NCBI GenBank assembly: GCA_024679065.1
Contig: JAGIQG010000015.1
Span: forward strand, 45,632,001 to 45,696,000
Length of the DNA: 64,000 nt
Direction: 5' to 3'
Source of the DNA: Sphyrna mokarran
Taxonomy: Eukaryota
Positions 1 through 12,670 of the stretch are shown piece by piece. A program made the position numbers and the translations under genes. Numbering within the stretch: position 1 is the stretch's first letter; every line of letters starts with the position of its first letter. The notes under the pieces are model-generated. The model did not search any database and was not told the origin of the DNA. It worked only from the letters and a program-made list of their open reading frames with translations.

Positions 1-1319
1 TGGACACTTCTTATAAAGAGCTCTCAGTATTCAAGTTACCAAGTTTACCTTGTGATTCTTTATGACCTTTAGTCCAAAGGGCCATACATAACTGTCTTTT
101 AAGCATTCATCAACTCTGAATGCTGGTCCAACAGAACCTTCCAGAAGATTTAACCATCTGATCACATTTCCCTGATCCTAGACTCCTGTACCTCTTCTCA
201 AAATCAGTCTTCTCTATTTCTTGATATATCGACAGAATTAAAAGTTGACAGAATGAGGTTTTAAATCACAATGCCAATCAGCACGAGAATGTTGTACCTG
301 GATAGGAGTGTATTTCATTTACCAGCTAACATGAGGGCTATATCAGCCCCATGACACTTTTATACAATGTGAAGAGCCAACTTTTCCCAGCAATACTAGC
401 CCTCAAGTTATCTAGTAATAAGGTGTTAACAGTCAGAATATGCAAAATATGTTGCAGGTGATGATGTATTGCTGACATAATGGGTCATGGATTGGAATCC
501 TGCCAAGTGATAACATGGCTACTCTGTGATCCTAATAACCAAGTATTAAGCTGATATCAGAGTATGTCCATTTGCCAAGTCTCATATCTAGAATCCAAGA
601 TTTGAAAAACAAATCTCTGGAAATGTGGCAGCAATGGTGATATGTAAAAAGCAGGTTGCTTTTATTGAAAAAGCCACAGCATGTCCTGAGTTCTAATCCC
701 AGGTGGTGTCTTTTGAATGAGTGTTTTATTAAAAGATCCCCATTGTCTTTGCAGTTCAGTTATCCTGCAATCTACACTCTGTTTCCCAGCTATATTTCTA
801 GCACTGCTGCTAAAGTTCTGGTCTATTCTGCAGATCTTGCTATCCTACCAACTACAGAAAAAAAAGCCCCCATGTCTCCAAAATGTCTTCCCTAAGTGTT
901 GAGAATACTGTGCGAGATCGAATTCCCCAGGACTCTGACTTTGAGACGTGAATAGTAGATTTAGAGTTGGATAGAATCTATAATTGTAAAACAGGAGTTA
1001 CAGAAATGTAACAGAAATGGTGTCATGTTGTTGTTTAAAAGTAGGACGGTATATTTGGGGAGGAGGTCCAGTTTAAAGTTTAACAAATGGAACATGCAAA
1101 AAAGATCACAGAAATGATGATGTACTACTGACATCAGTTAGTCATGTGTTAGACTCTCAAGGGAGAGATTGCAAACATGCTTAGGAGCAATATGCTTTCT
1201 TTGTGACCTATTTAGATGTAATACTAATGAGCAAGTGTTAAGCAGATACCAAATTATGCCTCCAGCCTATTTACTAGCTAGAGTCCGAAATAGAAGAGCA
1301 TATCTCAGAAAATACTGCA

Positions 1320-2720
1320 CTTAAAAGGGGCACAAAAATTGGGTCTGAGGGAATGCAATGCCTGTTCCTGAAAAGCCGTAATAGTTGAGAGGTTGGTGGG
1401 AGGGTTTCATACGTCAAAGATTTCCTGAAGCTCCAAACATCGATGAGCTGACAGAAACAAACACATGGTTTCTTGGTTACAGAAACTTGTGCTTAAAGAT
1501 CTTCATCCTCTTCTGCTTTGGAACTCCCTCACTTATACCTCACCACTCATCCTGACAAATTGGGCTGAACTATGTCCAATTTACCCTGAACCTCAGCGCA
1601 GGAAACTTCATGATTAGCTCTCATGGTGATATATTCAATTGATAACATTAGAGACTTGGAAGAAGGCTTGCAGATGAGCTACAGAATGATAAGCAAACTT
1701 TGCAGAACACATCTGAGCTTGGAGATTAGGTATAACTGGTATCAGCCTAATCCACCTTACAAAAACAAACTTACCATCACCGTTCAAAAACTGCAATTAT
1801 GCTAGAAAACATGAGAAAATTAATCCCTGTGGAGAGATGACTAGCTGCTGAAAAATATAACTGCAAATTGACATTTCCGTAAGCTTTGCACTCTCTGTTA
1901 GGATTTAGATGGAAAATCTGCAATAGCGAATTTCATGAAATAAGAGTTGAGAGACTTGATTCTTTTCTGGAAGTGCCTGGCCAGTTGCTAACAGTCATAT
2001 TATTTCATAATGAACCACTGTGTACTCCTCCAGTGAACCTGCTTTGTCAGAAGAATGCTGTGCTGCACTGACTTGGTGGCACCCAGATCAGCAGGAGAAC
2101 AGATACTTAAAGTGACAAGGATTGGACACAGGGCACAGAATCTTGCTGAAGTCAGCAAGCTGGAACCCCCAGGTCTTTTGTCTATCAACATTTTTGTACC
2201 TTCTTAACAATATTTGCAGACAGCACCTTTGATTGGCAGCTGAGCAGCACAGCACCTCCAACTCCTTGTACCTCACGGTGAGCATCATCAGACTGTCCAG
2301 ACCCAGAAGACCACCGCAGTGAGATCACTCAAAGACCAGAACCAGCTTTAGATGAAGGAGAAAGTTCAAATCAACTAGTAGAGATCCTGAAACATCAGCC
2401 AACGCTCAAAGATCGAGGAACAGCCTATCCCAGCCTTAATGAATAGGTATTACCAGTCATTCAGACCAACAGTTCAAATAGAGTGATAAGGTGCAGATAG
2501 AGTGTAGCAAATCCTTGGACACGTGTCAGAAGTAGATAGCTAGTGTAGATGTGAGACAGTTTACTTTGAAATTTAACATTGTTTTCTGTAGACTCCTGTG
2601 AAGAGACTGAATATTGTTTTACCTTGTTAAAATGTTCAATAAAGTTGTGTTGAATCTTCACCTGACTCTTGACCTCTTTGTCTATCCGCTGTGTAATGTA
2701 CCCAAAGTTAAAAAGGATGA
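1320..2720 (+). mobile_element. Possible highly decayed Gypsy LTR-retrotransposon internal remnant
   Basis: About 2165-2230 reads TPRSFVY...CRQHL, like the Gypsy integrase C-terminal PRSYxV..RRNRxHL; a Cys/His-rich scrap lies at about 1790-1860. Weak. Confidence 0.3.
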
Positions 2721-3555
2721 CTGCAAACTTGTCAAGGTTAGTTAAGATACATTTGCACACCTTTCATTTTACAGTATACTGTGTGTCTGAGCATCTGCCA
2801 TGCAAGTGACTACCACCACAGAGAGCTGAACATTGTATTAAGGCAGCCAGATTCTCTTAAAACCAATCTGTCCCTGTGAAAGGACTGAATAAAATTACTG
2901 CAATTTTAAACATGGAAAATGGAGTACCAGAACAGAGATTCCAAGACAATTGATATTGTTCTGGAGGAATTATTGATGAGTTTGATTAGGAGGAGAGATA
3001 GCAAAATGAGGTGAAAAGGTGCTAAGCTGTGACCCTCAATGACTGTTCTTAGAAGGGAGTGGAGTAGCAGGTTTACTTTTGGTGTCTCATCTACAGAATT
3101 TAGCAGAAATATCATACAAAGTCCAATGACCTCATACAGATATTTAGGCTCAGTGAATGTTGATTCAAATTACATCTCCTACCTATTACAATACATGCAT
3201 CTTATACAGATCAATGTACAATACGCTCCATCTCTTACCAAGAAGCACTCACTGGCACTTGAAACACACTCATGACTTTCAAATATTCTAACTCACCCTC
3301 ATGCATTCACCAATTTTGCCAAATTCGCACTTATGTCTCACTGCCTCCAGTTATTCATCTATGCAATCATATCACCCAAACATGGTGCAACACAGCTATT
3401 AACACTCTGCCCCCTTTCGTGAAGGGCAAAGGGGTGCAAAATCGAAGAAGCAGGAGAGAGTTGATAGGAAATAAGGATACTTGTATCTTCTGAATCTTAT
3501 TGAAGAGACAGTTCTCAGCATCATGGGCCAGGCTGCATCAAAGTCCATGACATTG

Positions 3556-3851
3556 GATGGCACAGTGACACAGTGGTTAGCATTATTGCCTCACAGTACC
3601 AGGAATTCAACTTCCAGCTTGGAGTCTGCACGGTCTCCCTGTGTGTGGTTCCCCCTGGTGTTCCAGTTTCCAAAGATGTGCAGGTTAGGTTGATTGACCA
3701 TGATAAATTGCCCCTTTGTAATAGGGGGGTTAACAGGGGTAACTAGTGCCATCATGGAAATAGAGCCTGAGTGGGATTGTGGTTGGTGCAGGCTTGATGG
3801 GCCAAGTTACTTCTTTCTGTGCTGTAAGGAGTCTACAGTTCTATGAATCTA
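3556..3851 (+). mobile_element. HE1-type tRNA-derived V-SINE
   Basis: Head GGCACAGTGACACAGTGGTTAGCA..GCCTCACAG, V-core (CAAAGATGTGCAGGTTAGGTTGATTG), CR1-like tail ending TTCTATG. Confidence 0.9.
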
Positions 3852-4074
3852 TCTCTGAGAATATTGAGGATGGTGGGATATCTGTGCTATATGCTCTTCC
3901 CGACTCTCAGCTCCCTCCATCCTGCTGTCTGGTATAATTAAAAATTTGGTATGAACATTGAGTTTATAATCTCCTAACTCTGTTAGAAATTATGGGTTTT
4001 GATAGAAAGAGAAACATTCAGTTTAGACAAATAAATTCAAATAAATACACAACAGATTTAATTAAAGATCTGGA

Positions 4075-4208
4075 GGGGAATTTTCTAGCTGTTCATGCCA
4101 GTGGGATTTTCTGGTCCCGCTGCATGGAATGGAGATTTGGCTGAATGTCAAATTCTCCTTCCTCGCTTGCAACAGCAGCGAAGCATGAATGGCTGGAAAA
4201 TATTCCCC
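4075..4208. mobile_element. MITE, PIF/Harbinger-like
   Basis: Imperfect terminal inverted repeats GGGGAATTTTC / GAAAATATTCCCC, non-coding. Confidence 0.6.
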
Positions 4209-4392
4209 CTACTCTCTGCTCTGCATCAGAATGTAAAACTGAAGCTAAAACTTTGATCAGTTTGCCACTGCCAATGTGAAGTACCATCATAAATGATCTC
4301 TGGGTGTTAAACAAAGATTACTGGAAGCGTAGCCTTCCATCCAACAGAGCACCCTACCTAGGCTCACCCACTGCCCTATCCAGTAATCTACG

Positions 4393-4456
4393 TATTGAAC
4401 CCAAGTCCCTGATGCTGTGAGACAGCAGTGCCAACCACTATGTTACCACGTCATCA
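4393..4456 (-). mobile_element. HE1 SINE head fragment
   Basis: ATTGAACCC..TGCTGTGAGACAGCAGTGCCAACCACT is the reverse complement of the HE1 tRNA head. Confidence 0.7.
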
Positions 4457-4625
4457 GGAATTTCCAATAATTTATTAACCATATACAACTATATAGAGGA
4501 ATGGATAAGCAGAAGGTTGCTTTCAGAAACTTCTTTCTCTGTGTTTCCATGATGTGTGATCTGGTATCACTGATGTGCAGATGAATAACTATTAATCCTT
4601 TGTACGACATTGTCCTTTGATGAAG

Positions 4626-4710
4626 GGTTCTGATGAAAGGTCACAGGCTTGAAAGATTCACTTTGGATCTCAGTCACAGATGCTGCAAGACGCATTGATT
4701 ATTTCTGACT
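4626..4710 (+). mobile_element. Penelope-like pLTR fragment with decayed hammerhead motif
   Basis: CTGATGA-aaggtcacaggctt-GAAA followed by CACAGATGCTGC; homologous to 23245-23345, 49722-49830 and 59890-60130. Confidence 0.6.
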
Positions 4711-4714
4711 GATA

Positions 4715-5520
4715 TTTATATGGTGCCTTTAATGTAATTAAACTTCCCAAGGCAAAACATAGGGCATTGCCAAGTGAGATGTGATACTGAGCCATCTCAG
4801 GTGATCTCAGGCAGATAACCAAAGAGGGAGGTTTTAAGGAGTATCTGTTCAGAGAAAAACTGATGTAGAGGTTTTCATCCAGCAGTTAGGATCTTCAGTT
4901 GCAATCAATAAAAAAGCTAACTTCACAAAGTAAATCAAAGAAAAATGTTTAATAAACTTCATTGCACCAAAGCTCTGACCACGCCACAAAGCTTACCGTA
5001 ATACTCATCTGCTTTCTATTTATCCTGGGTCAGCTGGTCAGCTGACCATCACATCATTCTGCCATTGGTTACGTTATAACAGATCCCAACGTTACCATTG
5101 GTTACATGATATTTAGGAAGGACATTTTTGAGCTTTGGGCCTCTGAAGCTGCAGACACAACCATCAATGGCAGAGCAATAAAAATTGAGGATGTTGACTT
5201 TAGAGGATGCAAATATTTCAGAGAATTTTGAGGAACTGGGGAAGATCACAGAGTTGGGAGAAGCATGGCATTATTTAATCGGCAGCAAACAAATAGATGG
5301 ATGGGGTCGAACATGGAGTCCCTCATCATGAAAAGAGAACTCAGATGGTTATCAGTTCAGTATGAATAGAATGTGGAGATCAAGAAGCAGTTTTTGCAGA
5401 CAAGTTGAGCTCAAAGAGGGCTTGAGACGAGAAAAGAAAGAAACTAGACAGCAAAGCAAAAATGCAAATTGTAGATAGTGGAGGCACTTGGAGGAGGAGG
5501 ATATGAGACAGTGAATATAG
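4715..5520 (-). mobile_element. L2 LINE 3' remnant, split by the 4892-5115 element
   Basis: TTTATATGGTGCCTTTAATGT..CCCAAGGC resembles the L2 3' end; homologous to 12671-13750. Confidence 0.6.
4892..5115 (-). mobile_element. LTR-like interspersed repeat, copy 1 of 3
   Basis: Shares TCTTCAGTTG, ATCAAAGAAAAA.GTTTAATAAA and CAGCTGACCA.CACATCATT with 43286-43567 and 47646-47833; repeated CATTGGTTAC. Confidence 0.65.
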
Positions 5521-6766
5521 ATGGTTAGTATATCTTTGGGATTACCATGCCAATTGATGCTATGGCTAAATTTGCAAGAAGAAGCTCCAAGTCATGAGCA
5601 AGCAACTAATGGAAAAATATGAAATGCACAGTTGAAAGGTCAAAAATCAACTTGCTGCCAATAAAGTGATATTGAATCTTAACATTCCTTTTCTTCACAG
5701 TAAGCATTCATTTGAGACATTTATTGCCGGATGTCTCCTGATCCTCATAAAAGGTTTTGTTTTTCTTTATTCAAAAGCTCCATTATTAGTGAGATAACAT
5801 GAACCTAACCTTTAAATTAAAATATGATCTTTTGAATTGCAGCGAGGAATTATTATTCAGTCATGTTGATTACAAAGCTAACACTGCTTATTCATTTCCA
5901 TTCAGTCTGGTTAAATGCAGTGACACTTTCCTTATATTAGCATCTAAGCCATTAGCTAGCAGTTTATTTTGCAACAGTTTAACATGGCTGTTGTTCATAC
6001 CAGTTTTGTATAAATTAATTAGAACAGCTCTGTTTTTGTCCTAGCTTTAACTACAGCCTGTCTTCAATATCATAAAACCATCTGTTCCTTTCAACTGAAA
6101 CACGAAGCAGACAGCATTTATTGATGGTGGAATTTAATGTCCTGTATCATGACAAAGGGGCCAGAATTTTGGATAAAAAGTGCAAAAACAGCAGATTTCA
6201 TAACACTATTCTTTCACCTTGCTGCAGTAGTTTCTAAGAATCAATCTAAAAAATAATTTAGCATTCTTTTAGACACCAATTGCCTCCTGATTTTAATATT
6301 TCATATATTTTATTGCAGTAGGACACTGATTTATTGGAATGCAACGAGGGATTCAGGTGTAACAATACAACTGTGTTATTCAATAGTAGCTGGAATATAA
6401 CTCATCTAATTTATTTATCTGCTGTTTTATTTAAAGTAATGTGCTGTGTTGGAGGAATGTAATCACATCTGTAATAAATTAAGAATCAAATAATGTTGAA
6501 GTAAGTTATAATTCAGTTTCTAAATTAATATATTGTTCAAGTTTGATAGCATCAGATGCCGTGGCATCTGTACTTCATTCACTTCTATAAATCAGAGCAC
6601 TCACCTATTTTTCTTTTGATTTTGAACTGGCAAATTGATTTGAGCACACGAAAGAAGATATACCATCCTGGAATAATATGCAACATTATCATTAACGCCA
6701 ATAAATGTATATTATAGAAGAATGAATCCAATGCTAGTCTTTACTTTGTTTGGATTTATTTTCTAG

Positions 6767-6962
6767 CATGCCAAGCAGAGAAACAAACTATACGAGTTCA
6801 TTCCCCTCCAACACATCAAGCCAGTTGACTCGTCCTTATATACAATTAATACGATTAACAAAATCAACATCTACCTTGTTGCCTTCAATCGGACCAATTA
6901 AATTCCAACAATTCTATCAGCACCAAAATGTACACACACCTGGAGCTATTAATCACAGATAG
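6767..6962 (+). CDS. Candidate terminal coding exon of an unidentified host gene
   Basis: Acceptor TTTATTTTCTAG, open frame MPSRETNYTSSFPSNTSSQLTRPY...NHR*, several retained CpGs, TE-poor context; no homology recognised. Confidence 0.2.
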
Positions 6963-7351
6963 GAACACGTAATGATGCAGCACATTGCATATGTAAACAA
7001 CACCTTATTTACCTGCTTTGGATGGCTTACATAACATTTGAGCTGTTATGGAGGGTACAGAGAACCTTTTTTGAGGAGTCTGTCACAATCAGATCTCAAT
7101 ATATGAGGTGAGAGCAGAGCTCACTGTATTTGGCATTTGTATTCTACAGAATGCAATATCGGTGCTACTTTTCATTCACAGATCCTCACATGGGAAGGCC
7201 ATTGAACAGCTTTTCATTATGATATACTTAATGCAATAGAATCAAAATTACTATAAGAAATAATATTGTGACTTAGCATTTGCATTGTTGCAAACTACCT
7301 AGAATGGCCTGTATGGAAGCTCCTGGAACATGCTATTTCGATATTCCTACT

Positions 7352-7653
7352 TAGAATCATAGAATCCCTACATGCAAAAGGAGACCATTCAGTCCATCGA
7401 GTCTGCACTGACCACAATTCCACTCACACCCTATTCCCATAATTCCACATATTTATGTTGCAAATCCCTCTGACATTAGGGTCAATTTAGCATGGCCGAT
7501 TACACTAAATCACACAACCCAAATGCCTGGAGGAAACTCACGCAGACACAGGGAGAACGTATAAATTCCACACAGACATGATCTGAAGCTGGAATTGAAC
7601 CTCGGTCCCTGGTGCTATGAGGCAGTAGTGCTAACCACTACTACCATGCCGCC
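7352..7653 (-). mobile_element. HE1 V-SINE
   Basis: TAGAATCATAGAATCCCTAC tail through GGAATTGAACC..GAGGCAGTAGTGCTAACCACT head. Confidence 0.9.
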
Positions 7654-7696
7654 TGTCCCATTTTTTCCTCATTTTAAAAAAAAACAATACTTTTAG

Positions 7697-7833
7697 ACAC
7701 TACACCACCTCTGAAGCCCCAAAATAGAGAGAAAAAAGTGATTGGAAGAGCTCGCCACATTAGGTGTAGACGAACAAGAAGCATCTTTGCCCAATCTGGA
7801 GTTGCATTAGATTCTGTAATTGCAAACGTCTGA
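7697..7833 (+). CDS. Candidate terminal coding exon of an unidentified host gene
   Basis: Acceptor TACTTTTAG, then TTPPLKPQNREKKVIGRARHIRCRRTRSIFAQSGVALDSVIANV*; protein-like and ends in Val. Confidence 0.3.
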
Positions 7834-8431
7834 GGTTTCTGTCACAAGATTGGCAGTCAACATGGTCTGTGGGGGTTAATCTGAAACTTCCCAGAATCGG
7901 CCGAGCAAAACAGGAGTCTCTGCTTATCCCACTTGGAAAGTATAAGCCTACACATCTCCAGCCAGGCTCCCTCCCCACCCCAACAACAAGCCCCTCGCAA
8001 CGATCTCTTTCACAAACTTGTCTTGGGGCCACAGCCTTCTCTGCTTTGTGTCCTTCCTGAAAACCAACATCACTGTCTCCTGAAAATGGCCAGTCAGCTG
8101 CCCACAGATATTGACTTGAGGACTACAATGAAAATACAATCTCTCCCAGCTTTGTTGTCACTGAGGCCAACTTCCTGTCACGTGTTAATTGCCTCCGATA
8201 TCTCAAATCCAGGTAAACAGACTTGAAAAAAGCCAAACAGATGTACAGATTTGACTGTGCTAAAAGTGTGAACCATGAATTCAAAATTTGTTTTTTTTTA
8301 TACTCCTGAATTTAAAATGACAAGCATGCTCATGCTTTTTCTGTTAGTTCGCAATTCTGGGTAAATTGAGGTCAATATACAATGACTTCAATTTCCTTTC
8401 ATCATAGAACAGATCTTTCTTTTGTCTCCAG

Positions 8432-8510
8432 CATCAATAAAGAACAGCTTGTCATGCGTCGTGTTCCAACATGTGTCTATACACAGAGAATCATGAGGAA
8501 TAATACTTGA
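8432..8510 (+). CDS. Candidate short terminal exon
   Basis: Strong acceptor TCTTTCTTTTGTCTCCAG, then INKEQLVMRRVPTCVYTQRIMRNNT*. Confidence 0.15.
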
Positions 8511-8766
8511 CATCCTGGCAGTAGTCATGATGCATTCATTATGTGACAGTCTTGAATGCTATTTGCATTTGAGCCAACCAAAGTGACTAAATAATATAAG
8601 CTGTCTAGATTTTAGATTTTATTTCAATAGGCTTTAGTGTGCATTTATTCCAAAGGTTTTTTTACAAACAGACATTCCGCAATGGACTGACCAGGTCAGA
8701 TTGCCATTTTGTCTGAACACGTGATCAGAAAAGAAACCATGTTAACATTCCTCAAGTTTTCCAGCA

Positions 8767-9062
8767 AGTTTATTTATTAGTGTCACAAGTTGACTTACAT
8801 TAACACAGCAATGAAGCTACTGTGAAAATCCAGTGATCGTCACACTTTTCAACTATACCGAGGGAAAATTTAGTATGGCCAATGCATCTAACCAGCGCTT
8901 CCTTTGAACTGCGGAAGGAAACTGGAGCAGCTGAAGGAAACCCATACAGACACAGGGAGAGCATACAAAGTCTGCACAGACAGGGACCCAAGACAGACAT
9001 TGAACTCGGATCCATAGGGCTGTGAGGCAACACTGGTAATAACTGTGTCACTGAGTCGCCCC
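8767..9062 (-). mobile_element. tRNA/V-core SINE with a non-CR1 tail
   Basis: HE1-like head and core, but the minus-strand tail is GGATTTTCACAGTAGCTTCATTGCTGTGTTAATGTAAG..CTAATAAATAAAC. Confidence 0.85.
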
Positions 9063-9399
9063 AGCTAACTGTCTAGATATAGGCGATTGTAAGAGAAGAA
9101 AGTTATTCAATTATTCTACAATTGGATGATTACAGTCAGATTATGTTTATTTCTGTATTTTCTACCAAAATACTGTAGGAAAAACTGTGAAGAAGAGATC
9201 TGAATGATCTGGTATTGAGCCTTATCAGAACACACTGTCCTTTTGAAGTGGATTATAATTCTAGTCCTCACTATAGACTACCTTAGATTAGGAATACTCA
9301 CTCAACAATCATCCTTACTGAAATTCAAGGCAACAACTTTAAACAGATACTTACTTTTGGTTTGAGAAAGTGAACCACATCTCCCCAAGGGAAATGACT

Positions 9400-11110
9400 A
9401 TTAACTGAAGGTCCAAGGACATTTGATATTTCAGAAAGACAGACAAGGAAGGAAAGGAGGTAGGCTTGCACTGATAATCAGGGATAAGTTCACTGTAGCT
9501 GTAAGAGAGGATCTTAGATCGAAAGATCAATGGCCGGAATTCCACCACCTTGCTCACTATGGAATCGGAGTGGGTGAGGGTCCGACAATGGAAATCTCCA
9601 CAGACCTTGGGTGGGAATTTCTGGTCTTGCCTGAGGGATGCTGTAAAATCCTGTCTAATGTATGGAATCTGTTTAGATGGAGCTAAAAAACAGCAAAGGG
9701 CAGAAGATATTAGTTAGAGTTTTTTTTTATATATGCCACCAAATAGTAATGGTAATGTGAGGCATGGCTTTAATCAGGAAATGAGAGAAGTATGTAGCAT
9801 GGACAATACTGTGATCCTGGCTGACTTCAATCTGTACATAGACTGGTTAAACCAAGTAAGCACGAATGCTGAGGAAGACAAATTACAGAAGTGTGATAGA
9901 AATGAGTTTCTATGGCAGTATGTGAAGGAATCAGCGATGGGACAAGCTATTTTAGATCTAGTATTATGTAATGAGAAAGAGCTAATAATCTAGTTGTAAA
10001 AGAACTGTTAAAGATCAATGACCACAATATAATAGAATTTTACATTATATCTGTAAGTAAGGAAGTTCAATCTGAACTAGATGTTAACATTGAATAAAGA
10101 AAATTATGAAGATATGAGAGACAAGTTGGCTGAGGTGGATTGGTAAGACTATGTATAGGCAATGAATAGTCTTCAAAGAACTATGGCATACAGCAACTAT
10201 ACATTCCTTCAAGGAGCAAAAACCCAAAAAAAGCCAGTCAACCATCGCTGACAAAATATACGACAAAAAGAAAAGTTTTACAAATTGCCAGTAATAGCAG
10301 CAAACCTGAGGATTAGGAGGTTTTTAAAATATAGCAAACTGATAAAGAATGGGAGAACAAAATCTGAATGTAATCGAGCAAAAAACATAAAAGAGCATTG
10401 TAAAAGCTTTTACAGATATGTAAAAAAGGAAATGTCTGGCTAAGATAAATCTGGGTCCATTAAAGTAAAGTCAAGGAATAATGGGTAACAGAGAAAACTA
10501 ATTTATTATTTTGTCTGCGTTTTCACTAAAGAAGGTATCACAAATTTCCCAGATGTAGACATCCAAGAGACTAGGGAGAATGCAGATTTGAAGGAAATTA
10601 GCATAAGTAAGAAGACTGTATCAGAGAAATTAATTTGACTGAAAGTTGGTAAGTCCCTAGGAACTGTTCCTATGCATCGCAGAGTGTTGAAAGTGGTTAC
10701 TAGTTTATACTAGTTATAGTTGATACATTGGTGATCATCCTCTCAAATTCTATAGATTCTAGAATAGTTCATGAAAGTTGGGAGGTAGCAAATGTCATCC
10801 CATTATTTACAAAGGGAGGGAGAGAGAAAACAGGGAATGACAGAAGTGTTAGGCAATAGAAAAATGCTGGAATTTCTTACAAAGGCTGTGAACCTTGAAC
10901 AATCATGAACGGATTAGACATAGTCAGCACGTATTTATGGATGTGAAATCACATGTGACAAACCTTTTGGAATTTTTTGAATATGTCAGTAACAACATTG
11001 ATAAAAGAAAGTCAATGGGCAGAGTATATTAGGACTTTCAGAAAGCTTTTGATAAAGTCTCCCACAGGAGGCTGAATAACCAAATAAAAGCACATTGGAT
11101 AGGAGGCAAT
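9400..11110 (+). mobile_element. Old CR1 LINE (endonuclease to RT remnant)
   Basis: RKGGRLALII, VILADFN and AILDLVLCN peptides; GACTTTCAGAAAGCTTTTGATAAAGTC (DFQKAFDKV); many stops. Confidence 0.9.
9532..9656. mobile_element. PIF/Harbinger-like MITE inserted in CR1
   Basis: Imperfect TIRs GGCCGGAATTCCAC / GTAAAATCCTGTC, flanked by a 3-bp AAT duplication. Confidence 0.7.
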
Positions 11111-11214
11111 AGGAGCAATGTTGAGCAAGTCATAGACAGGATGTTTAGTGAGATGGTCACAACACTGGATCTCAACGATCAGGTACTCAAGAAAAGCAGA
11201 CAAGTAGTGGGGGG

Positions 11215-11400
11215 TGATTAGAAAGGAGTTCCAGGATTCGAGTCAACTACACTGAAGGAATGATGAGCTAGGATAGTATTTAGTTTGGAGTGGAACTAGT
11301 AGGTGGTGATGTCTGAATACATCTAGGCCCTTGTCCTTCCATCTGGTAGAAGTCGTGGATTTGGAAGGTGTTGTCACATAGCCTTAGTGAGTTATTAGCT
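11215..11400 (-). mobile_element. LINE 3' fragment (CR1/L2 group)
   Basis: GGAGTTCCAGGATT..GCCCTTGTCCTT..GGTAGAAGTCGTGGATTTGGAAGG, a common elasmobranch LINE segment. Confidence 0.55.
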
Positions 11401-11819
11401 TCCTTGGAGCCTTATATATTTTCATTCCACTGAACTGGTACTTCTCAGTGATGCCACATTCACTTTGTTACTTACATTGTTGTTTTTTTTTACTGCATCA
11501 TCTCCCCTACCCTTGACACAGGGTCCTTTCCCCGGAGCTGATGAAGGCGTTATTTGCTTGAATACCCAAGCATTTCCAATTACTAATGATTGATTTCAAA
11601 TTAAGATGTACTCACAACCTTAACAAACAGTGATGGCTTTTAAGTATTTTTGAGTGTTTTTGATGATACCCATTGAAGGGTTTTTTTTTGCATATGTAAA
11701 AGAATCTTTTTTCACATGAATAAATACTTTTATCACATCGTACTGTTTGAGGTCAGATCAGCAGTGAATGTTTTCAAGCTTGTATAGAAACTAAAAAATA
11801 CCAGAACTCTTTGACCTTT

Positions 11820-12030
11820 TCTGAGGGCATTTAAGAATTGTAGATCTAGAGTCACATGCAAGCCAGAACATGGAAAGAACTTGTCAATGATTTCTTGGTG
11901 AGCATTAGACTTTTAATTCCAGATTTTTGTTGAATTCAAATGCTACCATCTGCTGTGGTGGGATTTGAACCTTGTCCTCAGAGCATTACCCAAGTATCTG
12001 GATTACTAGTCCAGTGACAATACCATCATA
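11820..12030 (-). mobile_element. Deu-domain SINE (SacSINE1-like), partial
   Basis: GAGTCACATG..GCCAGA and TTGAATTCAAAT..CCATCTGCTGTGGTGGGATTTGAACC; homologous to 17715-18075 and 56590-56940. Confidence 0.7.
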
Positions 12031-12298
12031 TTATCATCACCCATAGCTCAAAGACAATAAGGGATGGATAATAATCTGGCCTTGACAGTGACACCCACAT
12101 TCCATAGAACAATAAAGGAAATAAAAGGAGCGATTTAAACTGAAGCAGCAATACCAGAAGCAGTACCATAGTTGGACAGCAAAGAGGAGATTGGCGCAGA
12201 ATGGGCTGACAGAGGGTGCATACACAGCATACACTGACTATGACAATGGTGTACGAGCAAAGGCTGCGGTTTCCTTGACTTCAGGAAAATCAGATAAT

Positions 12299-12619
12299 TG
12301 TGACAAGTGGTAGCTTAAGGAAGTATTCTCTGAAAAGCCTGTTCCCTGTTAGATCAGGTGGCCATGCATTGGTCAAAAGCATTGTCCTCAGTTATACTGT
12401 TTCCTGATCCTTCCAGGACTCCATCAAAGGGAGATGCAAATGCTTAAGGTAACTGGTGTATAAGGGAGTATACCAGGGCCAGTAATTGTACAACATTATC
12501 TGTGATGATGTCTGCAGAATGAATGGGTGTTCTGCTTTGTTTCCTTGGCCATCTTCCCACACATGTGAGTCATCATCAATAAAAACACACAGAACGACTA
12601 GAAGATTTCATTAGCTACA
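12299..12619 (+). mobile_element. Possible solo LTR
   Basis: TG...CA termini, TATA-like GTATAAGGG, AATAAA near 12578; TSD unconvincing. Confidence 0.35.
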
Positions 12620-12670
12620 ATAGCTTCCACTTCATGGGTGTGTGGCCAGAGATCAGCAAGAAGTTGTCTT

